DNA from: Candidatus Latescibacterota bacterium
Lineage (GTDB): Bacteria > Latescibacterota > UBA2968 > UBA8231
Direction of reading: 5' to 3'
NCBI GenBank assembly: GCA_965200315.1
Contig: OZ241362.1
Coordinates: 3,744,001-3,808,000 of the forward strand
DNA length: 64,000 bases
Position numbers and translations under genes: made by a program. The notes beneath the pieces are model-generated. The model ran no database searches. It was not told where the DNA came from and saw only the letters and a program-made list of their open reading frames with translations. Shown piece after piece: positions 43,560 through 53,925 of this stretch (the first letter of the stretch is position 1; each line of letters begins with the position of its first letter).

Positions 43560-45293
43560 TCACACCTGCGGCCGCAAGTTCAGCAGCACCAACAGCCAAG
43601 TGCGGCTCCAGTAAGCGCTGTTGATATAGGGGTTTTCCGCGCTGGGCCAGTTGGTCCAATAGGTCTCGTTGTGCGGGATGCGGTGCGGCCATTGGACGAG
43701 GGGGATGGAGGGCAACTCGGCCAGCCAAAGGTCCATGGCTTGGCGGTAGAGCTCGTCCATCTGTGGGGCGTCGGTTGGGGTCTGGCCCATCTGATCGAGC
43801 AGCGCGTCGTAGGCCGGGTTTTGCCAGCGCCAAGGCATGTCGGCTGGTTCGCCGGTGGGCTGGACAAAGCGGCTGTGGTACTGGCGCAGCACAAAATAGG
43901 GGTCGCGCATGGAGCTGAAGTTGCCGATTAGGTACGCCCGGGCCGTACCCTGGCGCAGGCGCGTGGTAAAGTCCGAGGTCATGCGGAAGGAGGCGTCAAT
44001 GCCGGCCTTTTTGAGCTGGGCGATGAGCACCGGCGTCAAATCCTGAAAGTGAGAGAAAATGTCGATGACCATGCGTAGAGGCTGCCCGTCCTTTTCCCAG
44101 AAGACCCCGTTGTGTTCGTAGCCTTTGCGGGCGAGAATCTCCGCGCTCTTTTCCAAATCAAAGACGCCCACTTGGTGCTTGGCGACCAAGTCATCGGCGA
44201 GGGTAAAATACCGACGCATCTGCGGGAGATCGGGCAAGGGCAGCAGGGTCCATGCACCAGAGTTTTGCCAGCCTATGGCTACGAGCTGTTCGCGGTTGAT
44301 GGCATAGTTGACCGCACGGCGCATCTCCGGGTCGGACCAAGGGGGCTCCAGCCCATTGAACCCCAGCGATATGGGCCACCAAGTGATGTAGCTGTATGGA
44401 GGCTCGCGGCCGGTCCAAGTCGTGATGTTGCGATTGCGCTCCAAGAGAGAGACTATGTTGGCCGGACGCAGCTCCAAGCAGGTGTCGATGTTGTTGGCGA
44501 TCAGGTTTTGTACGCGCTTGTGTTCCTCCATATAGGTCAGGTAGATCAGCCGCTCGACCTCGGGTAGATCCTGAAAGCCGAGCTTCTCAGCCCACCAGCC
44601 CTCGCGCAGATCCCAGATTCGTTGGGCCGGCTCCGAGCGCACAATCTGGTAGGGGCCGGTCAGTACCGGCCAGCCTTTTTGCAAGTCGAAGTTGGAAAAA
44701 GTCAGCGGGTCTTGGCCTTCCCAGATGTGCTTGGGCACAATGGGGACTCCTTGGTCGCCGCTGTGGACGAAGTAGCTGAAAAGGAAGCGCGGGTTGGACT
44801 TCTTGAGCGCGACGCGCGCCGTCAAGCTGTCGAGGGCGACCGCCTCTTGGACCCAAGTCGCCATATCCGTCGAGTACACGAGCTGGGGGGCGTGCTCCAC
44901 CAGCATGTTGATGGTAAAGGCAAAGTCGTGCGCCGACCAAGGATGCCCGTCGCTCCACTCGACGCCCGGACGAATTTTGACCACGAGTTCGGTGTAATCC
45001 TCGTTGAAATGGTGGCTCTCGGCGATCCAAGGTATGAGCTCGGAATTTTCCTCGTAGGCGTTGAAGAAGTAGAGCGGCTCATAGAGAAAGTTATATCCTA
45101 TGCGCGAAATGCTGCCCGGGATGAAGGGGTTGAAGGAGTTGTAATCTTGGATCTGGCCAGAGCAGGTATTGGCCTCGGCGCAATCCATGATCAAGGTCCG
45201 GTTGCGCGGCACCTTTTTGAGAGCATATCCGCCCTCCCCGCCACTACAGGCGATAAAGGGTACGGTCGCTAAAAGCAGGATATAAATAGGCAT
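43560..45293 (-). CDS. ABC transporter substrate-binding lipoprotein (family 5, OppA/DppA-like)
   Basis: Lipobox FIAC; LYEPL, WSDG.P.SA.D..FT, TGPY and RRAVNYAINR motifs. Confidence 0.92.
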   Translation of the reverse strand: MPIYILLLATVPFIACSGGEGGYALKKVPRNRTLIMDCAEANTCSGQIQDYNSFNPFIPGSISRIGYNFLYEPLYFFNAYEENSELIPWIAESHHFNEDYTELVVKIRPGVEWSDGHPWSAHDFAFTINMLVEHAPQLVYSTDMATWVQEAVALDSLTARVALKKSNPRFLFSYFVHSGDQGVPIVPKHIWEGQDPLTFSNFDLQKGWPVLTGPYQIVRSEPAQRIWDLREGWWAEKLGFQDLPEVERLIYLTYMEEHKRVQNLIANNIDTCLELRPANIVSLLERNRNITTWTGREPPYSYITWWPISLGFNGLEPPWSDPEMRRAVNYAINREQLVAIGWQNSGAWTLLPLPDLPQMRRYFTLADDLVAKHQVGVFDLEKSAEILARKGYEHNGVFWEKDGQPLRMVIDIFSHFQDLTPVLIAQLKKAGIDASFRMTSDFTTRLRQGTARAYLIGNFSSMRDPYFVLRQYHSRFVQPTGEPADMPWRWQNPAYDALLDQMGQTPTDAPQMDELYRQAMDLWLAELPSIPLVQWPHRIPHNETYWTNWPSAENPYINSAYWSRTWLLVLLNLRPQV

Positions 45294-45303
45294 CGACTAC
45301 TCT

Positions 45304-46068
45304 TTATTTGGTCGCTTGCAGGGCACAAGCGCGGCTTTGGGTTAAGGCGGCCACAGGGTCGGGAAGCTGGGGGCTAAGCTCAATGCTCGCTGGGCCGGCG
45401 TATGGGCTTAGGGCGAGAGCGGCGAACGTCGCAGCGAGCGACTCCTCGGTCAGCACTCCTTCCAGCAAGGACCAGTGCAAATCGGCCTCCCCGTCGTTGT
45501 CATCTAAATGCACGTATCCGAGCCGGTCTCCGGCGGCAGCTATGACCGCGGCCGGGTCTTCCTTGGACATCTGTAGGTGGCCGGTGTCGAGGAGCAAGTA
45601 GAGGTTGGGGTGATTTAGGCGAGACAGGAACTCCAAGGTCCCGGCCGCGGTCGGCAGTGCCTTGCCGGGGAAGTGCTCAACCCCTACGCGGATCGCGCAC
45701 GCGGCCGCGAAGTCCGCCACTTGCCCCAGGGCCTCCCCAAACTGGGGCAGAGCGGCTAGGTCAATCCCCGGGACTACGTACGCAGTGCCAGCACCGCGGT
45801 CGGCAGCGTGGTCCAGGGCCTCCCGGCAGTGGTCGAGGGCTGCTTGTTGCGCGGTGGCCGCGCCGTCGAGGGCCGCGCCGTCTTCCATGTTAAAGCACAG
45901 CGCGAGGCAGGACACCGACAGGCCGAGGTCGTCGATGCGCGCTCGCGACGCCGGGCTAACAAAGGTCTTCGCCTGCACGTCAATGGAGCGAAAGCCAATA
46001 GCGGCTAGCGCAGTAAGGGCGTCTTCTTCCGAGCCAGTCAAGGACCAAGCACAACAGGATAGCTCCAC
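45304..46068 (-). CDS. Sugar phosphate isomerase/epimerase
   Basis: VEH, LDTGH, YVHLDDNDG and SIEL motifs. Confidence 0.85.
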   Translation of the reverse strand: MELSCCAWSLTGSEEDALTALAAIGFRSIDVQAKTFVSPASRARIDDLGLSVSCLALCFNMEDGAALDGAATAQQAALDHCREALDHAADRGAGTAYVVPGIDLAALPQFGEALGQVADFAAACAIRVGVEHFPGKALPTAAGTLEFLSRLNHPNLYLLLDTGHLQMSKEDPAAVIAAAGDRLGYVHLDDNDGEADLHWSLLEGVLTEESLAATFAALALSPYAGPASIELSPQLPDPVAALTQSRACALQATK

Positions 46069-46102
46069 GATTCGTTCCTTCCGGTAAGCGGATAAAACGT
46101 CT

Positions 46103-46911
46103 CTACCAAGCCGGTAGCGCGCCGTAGCACACGCGGCGGCTCTCCTCGACTTTGGCGAAACCGAGGCGAGCAAGGGCGTGGCCGGGCCGGCGGTCCTTCA
46201 TCACCACGCGGCGGCGGGCGACGCGACGGGCCTCGCCCAAATCCGCAGGCGATGGGCTGCCCCCCGGGCCAAGTAGCGGACCAGCTCTAAGCCCTGAGCG
46301 TCGGCAATAGTTTCGCTAAACATGGGGTCAAAGTAAACCACGTCCCAAGCGTCGTCGGCTTCGCGGCGCAGATAGTCAGCATAGTCGGCGTTTAGGACTT
46401 CGACGCGGCGCATGGCAGGGGCGAGGGTGGGTGGGGCGTCAATCACATAACCGGCCATGCCGCGCTCGACCAGCAGGGCCAACAGCGGCGAGGCTTCGAG
46501 GGTGCGAACGCGACCGGTTGCGCCAACTTTACAAGCGGCCACGATGGCGTCCGCACCCAGACCGCAGGTACAGTCGAGGACGCGGTCGCCTAATTTGAGC
46601 TGTAAGGCGTCAACCAAAATGTCGTGCTTGCCTTGTTCTAAAGCGAGGATCCGCAACTTGGCCATGTTGGGATGGTAGCGGAGGCACCGTCCGGCGATCC
46701 AAAGGGCGAGATTACCGCGCTCGACGACGATCAGGCCCGCGAGCCCCTCGTCTGCAGCCATTCCAGCGAGCGAGCGGTGGGCTCGAGGCACATAGCGATA
46801 GCCGGTTTCGCCGGCAAGGCAATGCACACTTGCAAGCTCCCGAGGGCTGGGACGCGAAGAGGTGGTTACGGCGAAGGCAAGCTGTGGTTCCGGTTTGCGG
46901 TTAGTCTGCAT
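46103..46911 (-). pseudogene. RsmJ/YhiQ-like SAM methyltransferase with a frameshift in a G6 run
   Basis: YHPNMA, DCTCGLGADA and DVVYFDPMF motifs. The conserved EARRVARRRVVMK tail lies in another frame after 46260-46265. Confidence 0.75.
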
Positions 46912-46972
46912 ACGACGCTCTATCCGGCGCAACGGCCTTCAATCGTCGATAGTAGGACTGAGCCGTTGGGAC

Positions 46973-48271
46973 TTAGGCGGGGACAAAGCGCTCTAGTCGC
47001 CAGCGCTTGGCCCAAGTCTTTTCCAAGCGCACACACAGGCAGACGTCGTTGCCCCTATAAGTCTCTGTGAGGACCTGACCCTGCTGGTGCAAATAGGCCA
47101 AGAGCCGGCCTTCGGCTTGGGGAACCTGCAACTCCAAGGTGATGTCGCCAGCGACGCTGTATGTGCGGATTTTGTCGCGCAGTGCGTCGAGGTTGATGGC
47201 TCGGCGGGCCGAGACGGCGATGGCGTCTTCGCGGGCTGCGTACGCGGCCACGATCCGCTCTTCTTCGCCAGGGGCTGCTTGGTCGATTTTGTTGTACACC
47301 AGCAGGGTGGGGCTATCTGCAAGCCCGAGGCTGTGGAGAACTTCCTCGACCGTGGCGATCTGCGACTCGTAGTACGGAAAACTCAAGTCGATCACGTGGA
47401 GCAGCAAGTCGGCCTCTACGGCCTCTTCGAGGGTAGCGCGGAAAGAGGCAAACAGGTGGTGGGGCAGGCGGTTGATGAAGCCGACCGTGTCGGTGAGCAG
47501 AATCTTGTGGTTGCGGTCGAGGTCAACGGCGCGAGTGGTCGAGTCCAAGGTGGCAAAGAGCTGATCCTCAACTAGCACCTCTGCGCCGGAGAGCATCCTC
47601 ATCAGGGTGGATTTGCCGGCGTTGGTATAGCCTACGAGAGCTACCTTAAAAACATCCGCGCGATTTTTGCGGTTGGTCGCCATCTGCACGCCGATTTTGT
47701 CGAGCTTGGCCTCTAGGGAGTTGATCTGACGGCGAATCAGGCGGCGGTCGATTTCCAATTGGGTTTCGCCTGGGCCGCGGACGCCGGCTGCTCCCATGCC
47801 GCGGATGGCTCCGCCGCCGGCTTGGCGCGACAGGTGGGTCCAGTAGCGAGTCAGGCGCGGCAAGAGGTAGTTGAGCTGGGCCAGCTCGACTTGGAGCTGA
47901 GCCGTGTGGGTGCGAGCGTGGCGCGCGAAGATGTCCAAAATCACGGCGCTGCGGTCGAGAATGCGTCGCTTGGTGATGTGCTCCAAGTTGCGCATCTGGG
48001 CTGGCGAGAGGTCGTTGTCAAAGACGATCACATCGGCTTGGCACTGGGCTGCAAGCTGCTTGAGAGCGGCGGCCTTGCCCTTGCCGACGTAGTGGGCCGG
48101 ATCGATGTGGTCGCGCCGTTGGATCTGGCGCTCGGCCTCGACGAGGCCAGCGGTGGCGGCTAAGCGGCCGAGCTCGTCGAGGGAATGTTCGGCTTCCCAA
48201 GCCGGCATCGTGGGCAGGGCGACGCCGACGAGGATGGCGCGTTCTTGGCTCAGCGTGTGATTTACTTCCAT
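46973..48271 (-). CDS. hflX: Ribosome-associated GTPase HflX
   Basis: GYTNAGKST, LFATLD, DTVGF, NKID and RGPGETQLE motifs. Confidence 0.97.
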   Translation of the reverse strand: MEVNHTLSQERAILVGVALPTMPAWEAEHSLDELGRLAATAGLVEAERQIQRRDHIDPAHYVGKGKAAALKQLAAQCQADVIVFDNDLSPAQMRNLEHITKRRILDRSAVILDIFARHARTHTAQLQVELAQLNYLLPRLTRYWTHLSRQAGGGAIRGMGAAGVRGPGETQLEIDRRLIRRQINSLEAKLDKIGVQMATNRKNRADVFKVALVGYTNAGKSTLMRMLSGAEVLVEDQLFATLDSTTRAVDLDRNHKILLTDTVGFINRLPHHLFASFRATLEEAVEADLLLHVIDLSFPYYESQIATVEEVLHSLGLADSPTLLVYNKIDQAAPGEEERIVAAYAAREDAIAVSARRAINLDALRDKIRTYSVAGDITLELQVPQAEGRLLAYLHQQGQVLTETYRGNDVCLCVRLEKTWAKRWRLERFVPA

Positions 48272-48475
48272 GCGGGCTTCTTTGGTGATGGTACAGCGCA
48301 TCAAACACAAACAGAACGCATCACTTTGTCAACACTGCCAAGGCGTTTCTGCGACTCCAATACACGGAATGAACTGTTGAGATAAAATAGTCGCCTTTGG
48401 AGTAACCATCGCCAATTTTGTCGTCCCTGTGGGCAAACGAGGTGCAGCGGTGTGTTTCTAACTCGTCGTTTAACA

Positions 48476-48504
48476 TTGACTTTTTAAAAAGTTAAACTTA
48501 TGGT
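48476..48504 (+). promoter_or_regulatory. sigma70 promoter with overlapping palindromic operator
   Basis: TTGACT, 17 nt, TATGGT. Perfect palindrome ACTTTTTAAAAAGT at 48479-48492. Confidence 0.6.
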
Positions 48505-48738
48505 AGTAGCCTTGTTTTGCAAACGATTGCTTTCTATCGAAATACGGGCCACCTCCCAACGCCTGCTCTGCCTTTACACCTAGTCTATTCGCATTCCCAA
48601 TAACATAGCCTACCCATTTAGCCCCGTGGACTTGCCGATGAGTCTGCGGGTCGCAATCATCTCTACGTCTTGGGGAAGCGGTGATGATGATGGCCCAAAT
48701 TTTTATTGCCGTCTGTCAGAGGCAAAAGAGGACTGACC

Positions 48739-49962
48739 ATGGGCAAACACCGCGGCGGAAATGCTAATGAGGACCTGTTGCGAGACTTGCGGCTCGCGGT
48801 TTGGCGGCACAAAAAACCAGAGGGCGAATTCATAATCCTGGCTCAGATTCGTCAGACTTTGGACCGCGCCGGAGTCGCTTACGACGATTGCCGGTTGTAC
48901 CGAGTGCAAGCTGACAGCGGCGAATGCGCGATGCGCGTCCATCCCTTGACAGCCGATGGGCATTGGTCCTCGCTAACCCAAGGACAGCAGTGGGTGCTGG
49001 GAGCGTGGAAATCAGCCGCGACCTGCTATCGAGCGCCGAGCCGCCACGGCGAATGCGCTTGGCTAGCCCAGCAGATGCGTTGCAATGTCAAAGCCATCCT
49101 CGAAACGACCTTTGATCAAGGCGTCCTAGCCGTTTATCGCAAAGAAGCTATCGCCTGTAGCAACGCGGACATCAACTTGTTCAAGGGCTTAGGCGAAGTC
49201 CTCAGCGGGCTATACTACCGACAAGAAGCCCTAGCGCAGTTGCAGACCAAAGAAGCCCAGCTACGCCAAGCGCAGAAATTGCAGGTGATGGGACAATTGA
49301 CGACCGAGTTCGCCGGCGAAATCAACCAACACTTAGAGGTGATCATCGGCGAGACCAGCCTGCTGCGCAAAGGCGACTTAGCACCCGCTGTCGGCGATGG
49401 CGTACAAGCCGTGTACGAGGCCGGCCTCCAAGCGCACAGTACCAGCGAGCGGCTGTTGACGTGTACGCGCCAGCAGAAGCCCCGGAAAGAGTGGATCAAC
49501 TTCACCGGCCTCGTACAGGAGACAGTCCGGCTGCTGCGCCGCACGCTCCTGCAAGACCAAATCAAAATCGCCGAGGACCTAGCCCCGAACTTGCCCCATA
49601 TCAAGGCTCACGCCGGCCAGCTCCAACAGGTCGTCCTCAATCTCATCCAAAACAGCCGCGACGCCATCAAGCAGACGCACGGCACCGGGCGGATCGCGCT
49701 GCGGCTATCGACCCGCCAAGGGTGGCTCTTGTTGAAGGTCGAGGACAATGGGTCGGGCATTCCCGAGGGAATCCGGGCCGATATTTTTGCGCCGTTCTTC
49801 ACGACCAAGGCGTCGAGCCAGCACAGCGGATTGGGACTGAGCGTATGCGCGGGCATTGCCCGCGAACACCGCGGCCACCTATTCGTCGAAAACCGCACTC
49901 AAGGCGCCTGTGTAGTCTTGGAACTGCCCATCAATCCGCGCACCGCCTTAGTAAACGACTGA
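48739..49962 (+). CDS. Cytoplasmic histidine-kinase-like protein with an atypical H-box
   Basis: N box QVVLNLIQNSRDA, G1 DNGSG, F box IFAPFFTTK and G2 GLGL. The H-box reads EFAGEINQHL. Confidence 0.85.
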   Translation: MGKHRGGNANEDLLRDLRLAVWRHKKPEGEFIILAQIRQTLDRAGVAYDDCRLYRVQADSGECAMRVHPLTADGHWSSLTQGQQWVLGAWKSAATCYRAPSRHGECAWLAQQMRCNVKAILETTFDQGVLAVYRKEAIACSNADINLFKGLGEVLSGLYYRQEALAQLQTKEAQLRQAQKLQVMGQLTTEFAGEINQHLEVIIGETSLLRKGDLAPAVGDGVQAVYEAGLQAHSTSERLLTCTRQQKPRKEWINFTGLVQETVRLLRRTLLQDQIKIAEDLAPNLPHIKAHAGQLQQVVLNLIQNSRDAIKQTHGTGRIALRLSTRQGWLLLKVEDNGSGIPEGIRADIFAPFFTTKASSQHSGLGLSVCAGIAREHRGHLFVENRTQGACVVLELPINPRTALVND

Positions 49963-50019
49963 CCTTGTTGCAACGGACCCACTCCTATATGTTCAGGCCC
50001 GCAGCGCATAACTCGGGAG

Positions 50020-50514
50020 ATGAAGCGCATGGTCATCGTACTAATGGGCGTAACGGGCAGTGGTAAGACGACGGTGGGCGAACAGCTCGCCCAACAGCTC
50101 GGATGGGCTTATTACGACGCCGACGACTTCCACCCGGCAGCCAACGTACGCAAAATGGCCAGCGGCACGCCGCTTACCGACGAAGACCGCTGGCCTTGGC
50201 TGGAGACCCTCTCTGCGGCCATCAGTCAATGGCTCCAAGCCGAGCAAGGCGCGATACTCGGCTGCTCGGCGCTCAAGCAGAGATACCGCGATATCTTGGT
50301 TAGCGGGCGGCTCGGCGTGCAGATCGTCCATCTCAAAGGCCCCAAGGCACTCATCGCCCAACGGCTTAAAACGCGCCAGCACCGCTACATGCCGTCCAGC
50401 CTGCTCGACAGCCAGTTTGCAACCCTCGAAGAACCGCACGACGCGCTGAGCGTGGACATCGGCCCTTCGCCCGCAGCCATTGCCGCGACCATCCGCACGG
50501 CCTTAAAGCTCTGA
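50020..50514 (+). CDS. gntK: Gluconokinase
   Basis: MGVTGSGKTT, DADDFHP, PLTDEDRWPWL and LLDSQFATLE motifs. Confidence 0.95.
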   Translation: MKRMVIVLMGVTGSGKTTVGEQLAQQLGWAYYDADDFHPAANVRKMASGTPLTDEDRWPWLETLSAAISQWLQAEQGAILGCSALKQRYRDILVSGRLGVQIVHLKGPKALIAQRLKTRQHRYMPSSLLDSQFATLEEPHDALSVDIGPSPAAIAATIRTALKL

Positions 50515-50527
50515 TTAAGAAGCAGCG

Positions 50528-52216
50528 TCACCCCAAGTACACAAACAAGTACACCGCCAAGAAAATCGTCACCAACAACACGCTGCTACTGATAGGCCAC
50601 GCCCGCGCAAAAACGCCCGTTGGGTCGTGGTAGTGGCGCACCTGATCTATTAGAGCGAAGACCTGTCGCTTGCCCCAAGCGATCAATCCATCCCACAGCG
50701 GCGCACCCACCTGCACACACAACCGCGCTGCGCCAGGCAGCAGCTTGCGGTAGGTCCAGTCCACGTCGATGTTGGCCGAGCGCAGTTCCGGCGGATAGCT
50801 GCCCGTCAGCTTGAGCGCGACAAAGGCCAGCGCCGAAAAGAACAACAACTGGAGCTGTAGGACGATGTGGGTCGCATCGTACGGCTCGTAGGCAACCGGA
50901 TAGGGCAGGAGCTGGTACAGATAGTGCGGGAACGAGCCGATGCCAATGCACAGCGCGGCCCCAATCCCCATTGCCAAGAGCATGTTGCGCGGTGCTTCGC
51001 GGCAGCGGATCCCCGCGTCGTGAGCGAAGAAGGCAAAGAAGGGGATTTTGATGCCGGCGTGGTGGAAGACGCCAGCCGAAGCAAACAGCAACAGCAGCCA
51101 GACCGCGAGGTGTCCCTCGTTGGCCGCAGCCTGCATGACCATCGACTTGCTGACAAAGCCGCTAAAGAGCGGGAAGGCCGAAATCGACGCGGCCCCGACC
51201 ATGCAGAAGCCGCAAGTCCACGGCATGGATTTGTACAGTCCCCCGAGATCCGAGCCGTTGATCCGGCCGGTGCGGTAGAGCACGGCCCCCATCGACATAA
51301 AGAGCAGGCCCTTGAAGAGCACATCGTTGAAGGCGTGGGCCACTGCGCCATTGACGCCCATGCCTGGCCCCAAGCCGACGCCGACGACCATAAAGCCTAT
51401 TTGGTTGATCATGCTGTAGCCCAACACGCGGCGCAGGTCGTTTTCAATAACCGCATAGAAGATGGGGAACATCGCCATGGCCGCGCCGATGTAGAGCAGG
51501 CATTCGGTGCCGGCAAAACTGCGCGCCAACACATAGACCGCGGTCTTGGTGGTAAAGGAGCTTAAAAAAACCGCGCCGGTGGGGGTGGACTCTGGGTAGG
51601 CATCCACTAGCCACGAGTGCAAGAGGGGGAAGGCACATTTAATGCCAACGCCGAAAAAGATCAGCCGCGTGGCCCAGCTATCAATGCCCAGATGCCCCAG
51701 CGCCAAAGAGCCGGTCTGCTGGTAGTGCCACGCTGTGCCGACCAAGAGCAGCAATCCAGAGCTGATGTGGATCAGCAGGTAGCGCGTGCCAGCGGCAATG
51801 GCCCTGTCGCTTTGGTTGGCCCAGATTTGGAAGACCGAGGTAATCGCCAATAGCTCCCAGAAGACGAAGAGCACAATGAGATCGCCGGCAAAGACTGCGC
51901 CCACGGCCGCGCCCGCGTACAGGAAGCCGGTCGCCTGTTGCAGCCGGTCGCGCAGGTGCAGCGAGAAGAGCGCGGCGAGGAAGGCGGCCAAGTGGAAGAG
52001 ATAGCCAAAAAGCAGGCTGAGTTGGTCGACGCGCACCCAGTGCAGCTCGTAGCCGGCTAGCGAGCCGACCTGGCCGGCACCTAACTGGTAGCCGAGGAGA
52101 TTGTAGAATCCAGCCAACGGCAAAAGGAGCAACGCCACTCGCCGCACGGCCAGCGGCAAAAGAGGCAGCAACAGCCCGCCTAACAACAGGAAGGCCGCTG
52201 GGTGCAGGCTAGTCAT
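50528..52216 (-). CDS. mrpD: Na+/H+ antiporter subunit D-like (Mrp)
   Basis: FWE, IKCAFPLLHSWLVDAYP and HAFN..LFKGLLF motifs. Confidence 0.85.
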   Translation of the reverse strand: MTSLHPAAFLLLGGLLLPLLPLAVRRVALLLLPLAGFYNLLGYQLGAGQVGSLAGYELHWVRVDQLSLLFGYLFHLAAFLAALFSLHLRDRLQQATGFLYAGAAVGAVFAGDLIVLFVFWELLAITSVFQIWANQSDRAIAAGTRYLLIHISSGLLLLVGTAWHYQQTGSLALGHLGIDSWATRLIFFGVGIKCAFPLLHSWLVDAYPESTPTGAVFLSSFTTKTAVYVLARSFAGTECLLYIGAAMAMFPIFYAVIENDLRRVLGYSMINQIGFMVVGVGLGPGMGVNGAVAHAFNDVLFKGLLFMSMGAVLYRTGRINGSDLGGLYKSMPWTCGFCMVGAASISAFPLFSGFVSKSMVMQAAANEGHLAVWLLLLFASAGVFHHAGIKIPFFAFFAHDAGIRCREAPRNMLLAMGIGAALCIGIGSFPHYLYQLLPYPVAYEPYDATHIVLQLQLLFFSALAFVALKLTGSYPPELRSANIDVDWTYRKLLPGAARLCVQVGAPLWDGLIAWGKRQVFALIDQVRHYHDPTGVFARAWPISSSVLLVTIFLAVYLFVYLG

Positions 52217-52469
52217 AGTAATCCTCGCGGCGCATCAGCACCTTGCGCAGCTCGGTAGCCGCCAAAACCAAAAGTACGCAAGCGACAAATCCGTATATCG
52301 CGTAAAAGCCGAACCAGCCCTCAACCGGGAAGACGCCTTCGGCAAAGCTCAAGTGCCGATGGAAGAGCAAGTCCACGCTCAAGAGCAAGGCACAGAGGGC
52401 GAAGAAGATCCATATCAGTCGGAGGACGTTCCGCGGCTGGTCGAACAGGTGTTTTTTTTCTGGAGACAT
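52209..52469 (-). CDS. Small Mrp-associated 2-TM membrane protein
   Basis: FGFYAIYGFVACVLLV...LMRREDYYD, embedded in the mrp operon. Confidence 0.8.
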   Translation of the reverse strand: MSPEKKHLFDQPRNVLRLIWIFFALCALLLSVDLLFHRHLSFAEGVFPVEGWFGFYAIYGFVACVLLVLAATELRKVLMRREDYYD

Positions 52470-52473
52470 GGCC

Positions 52474-53925
52474 TTATCCTCCGATCTGGCGGCAGAGGTC
52501 GAGAAGCGGGTCGGGATAGAGGAAGAGCACCAGCCCGCCCAGTGCCGTGCAAAGCAGCGGCAGGACGCAAGCGAGCGGGGCTTCCACGCGGCTTTCCCCG
52601 TCGGGCGCGGCGTAGAAAAAGGCGTTGACGGCCACTGGTAACAGGTAGGCAATGTTGAGCAGCGAGCTTACCAAGAGGACGCCAATGGCCACGTACTGTC
52701 CTGCCTCTAGCCCGGCGAGGATGAGATACCACTTGCTCCAAGCCCCTCCCAGCGGCGGCAAGCCGATGATGCTGAGCGAGCCGATGAGAAAGGCCCCCAT
52801 CGTCCACGGCATTTGCCGGCCAATTCCCTTCATCTCGCTGATCTCGGTCTTGTGCAGGGCCACCGCGATGGCCCCAGCGCAGAAGAAGAGGGTGATCTTG
52901 CCGAAGGCGTGCATGGCGATGTGCAGGCTGCCGCCGAGGATGCCCCAGCTATTGGCTAAGGCCGCGCCGAGCACGATGTAGGAAAGCTGACTGACGGTGG
53001 AATACGCCAAGCGCGCCTTGAGGTTGTCCTGAGTCATGGCGACCAGCGAGCCAATGAGAATCGTGGCGCAAGCGGCGTAGGCCAGATACGTGCCCAAGCC
53101 CGTGTCGGCGAGCAGGTCAATGCCGAAGATATAGACGACCACCTTGAGGATGGTGAAGACGCCGGCCTTGACCACGGCCACCGCGTGTAGCAGGGCGCTA
53201 ACCGGCGCCGGGGCCACCATGGCCGCGGGGAGCCAGCGGTGGAAGGGCATCAGCGCGGCCTTGCCCGTGCCGAAGGCGTAGAGAAAGAGCAAGACGCCGA
53301 GGATCCACGTTGAAGCCTTGCCGACGAGGATGCCCCCCGGGACGAAGTCCAGAGTGCCGGCGAGGTGATAGGTGGCGATCACGCCGGTGAGCAGGAAACC
53401 AATCGAGGTTGCAATCAGGATGCCCAAATAGATGCGGCCTCCAGCTTGGGCCTCCGCACTGCGGTGGTGCGTGACCAGCGGATAGGTCGACAGCGTCAGC
53501 GCCTCGTAAAAGAAGAACAGCGTCAGCATGTTGCCGGCGAATGCCGCGCCCAAGGCAGCGGCGATCGCCAAGGCGAAGAAGGCGAAAAAGCGGGTCTGGT
53601 TTTCCTCGTGGTGCCCCCGCATGTAGCCGATGGAGTACACGGAGGTCGCCATCCACAGTCCAGAGGCGATCAGCGCAAAAAGTGCGCCGAGCGGCTCGAC
53701 CTCAAAGGCTAGGGACAGACCCGGGAAAACCTCTACTATATGCACGGCCGGCCGGGCTCCTGCGGAGACCTTGGGCACCAAGGTACAGACCGTGGCAAAG
53801 GTGCCGAGCGCGGCGAGCAGGGTTGCGGTCTCGCGCAGGTTGGGGCGGCGGCCCAAAAGGGCGATCAACGGCGCAGCACTCAGCGGCAGCAGCACAGCCG
53901 CGATAAGGGCGGTGGGGCCGCTCAT
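52474..53925 (-). CDS. mrpD: Monovalent cation/H+ antiporter subunit D family protein
   Basis: KAALMPFHRWLP.AMVAPAPVSALLHAVAVVKAG and LAYSTVSQL motifs. Confidence 0.88.
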   Translation of the reverse strand: MSGPTALIAAVLLPLSAAPLIALLGRRPNLRETATLLAALGTFATVCTLVPKVSAGARPAVHIVEVFPGLSLAFEVEPLGALFALIASGLWMATSVYSIGYMRGHHEENQTRFFAFFALAIAAALGAAFAGNMLTLFFFYEALTLSTYPLVTHHRSAEAQAGGRIYLGILIATSIGFLLTGVIATYHLAGTLDFVPGGILVGKASTWILGVLLFLYAFGTGKAALMPFHRWLPAAMVAPAPVSALLHAVAVVKAGVFTILKVVVYIFGIDLLADTGLGTYLAYAACATILIGSLVAMTQDNLKARLAYSTVSQLSYIVLGAALANSWGILGGSLHIAMHAFGKITLFFCAGAIAVALHKTEISEMKGIGRQMPWTMGAFLIGSLSIIGLPPLGGAWSKWYLILAGLEAGQYVAIGVLLVSSLLNIAYLLPVAVNAFFYAAPDGESRVEAPLACVLPLLCTALGGLVLFLYPDPLLDLCRQIGG

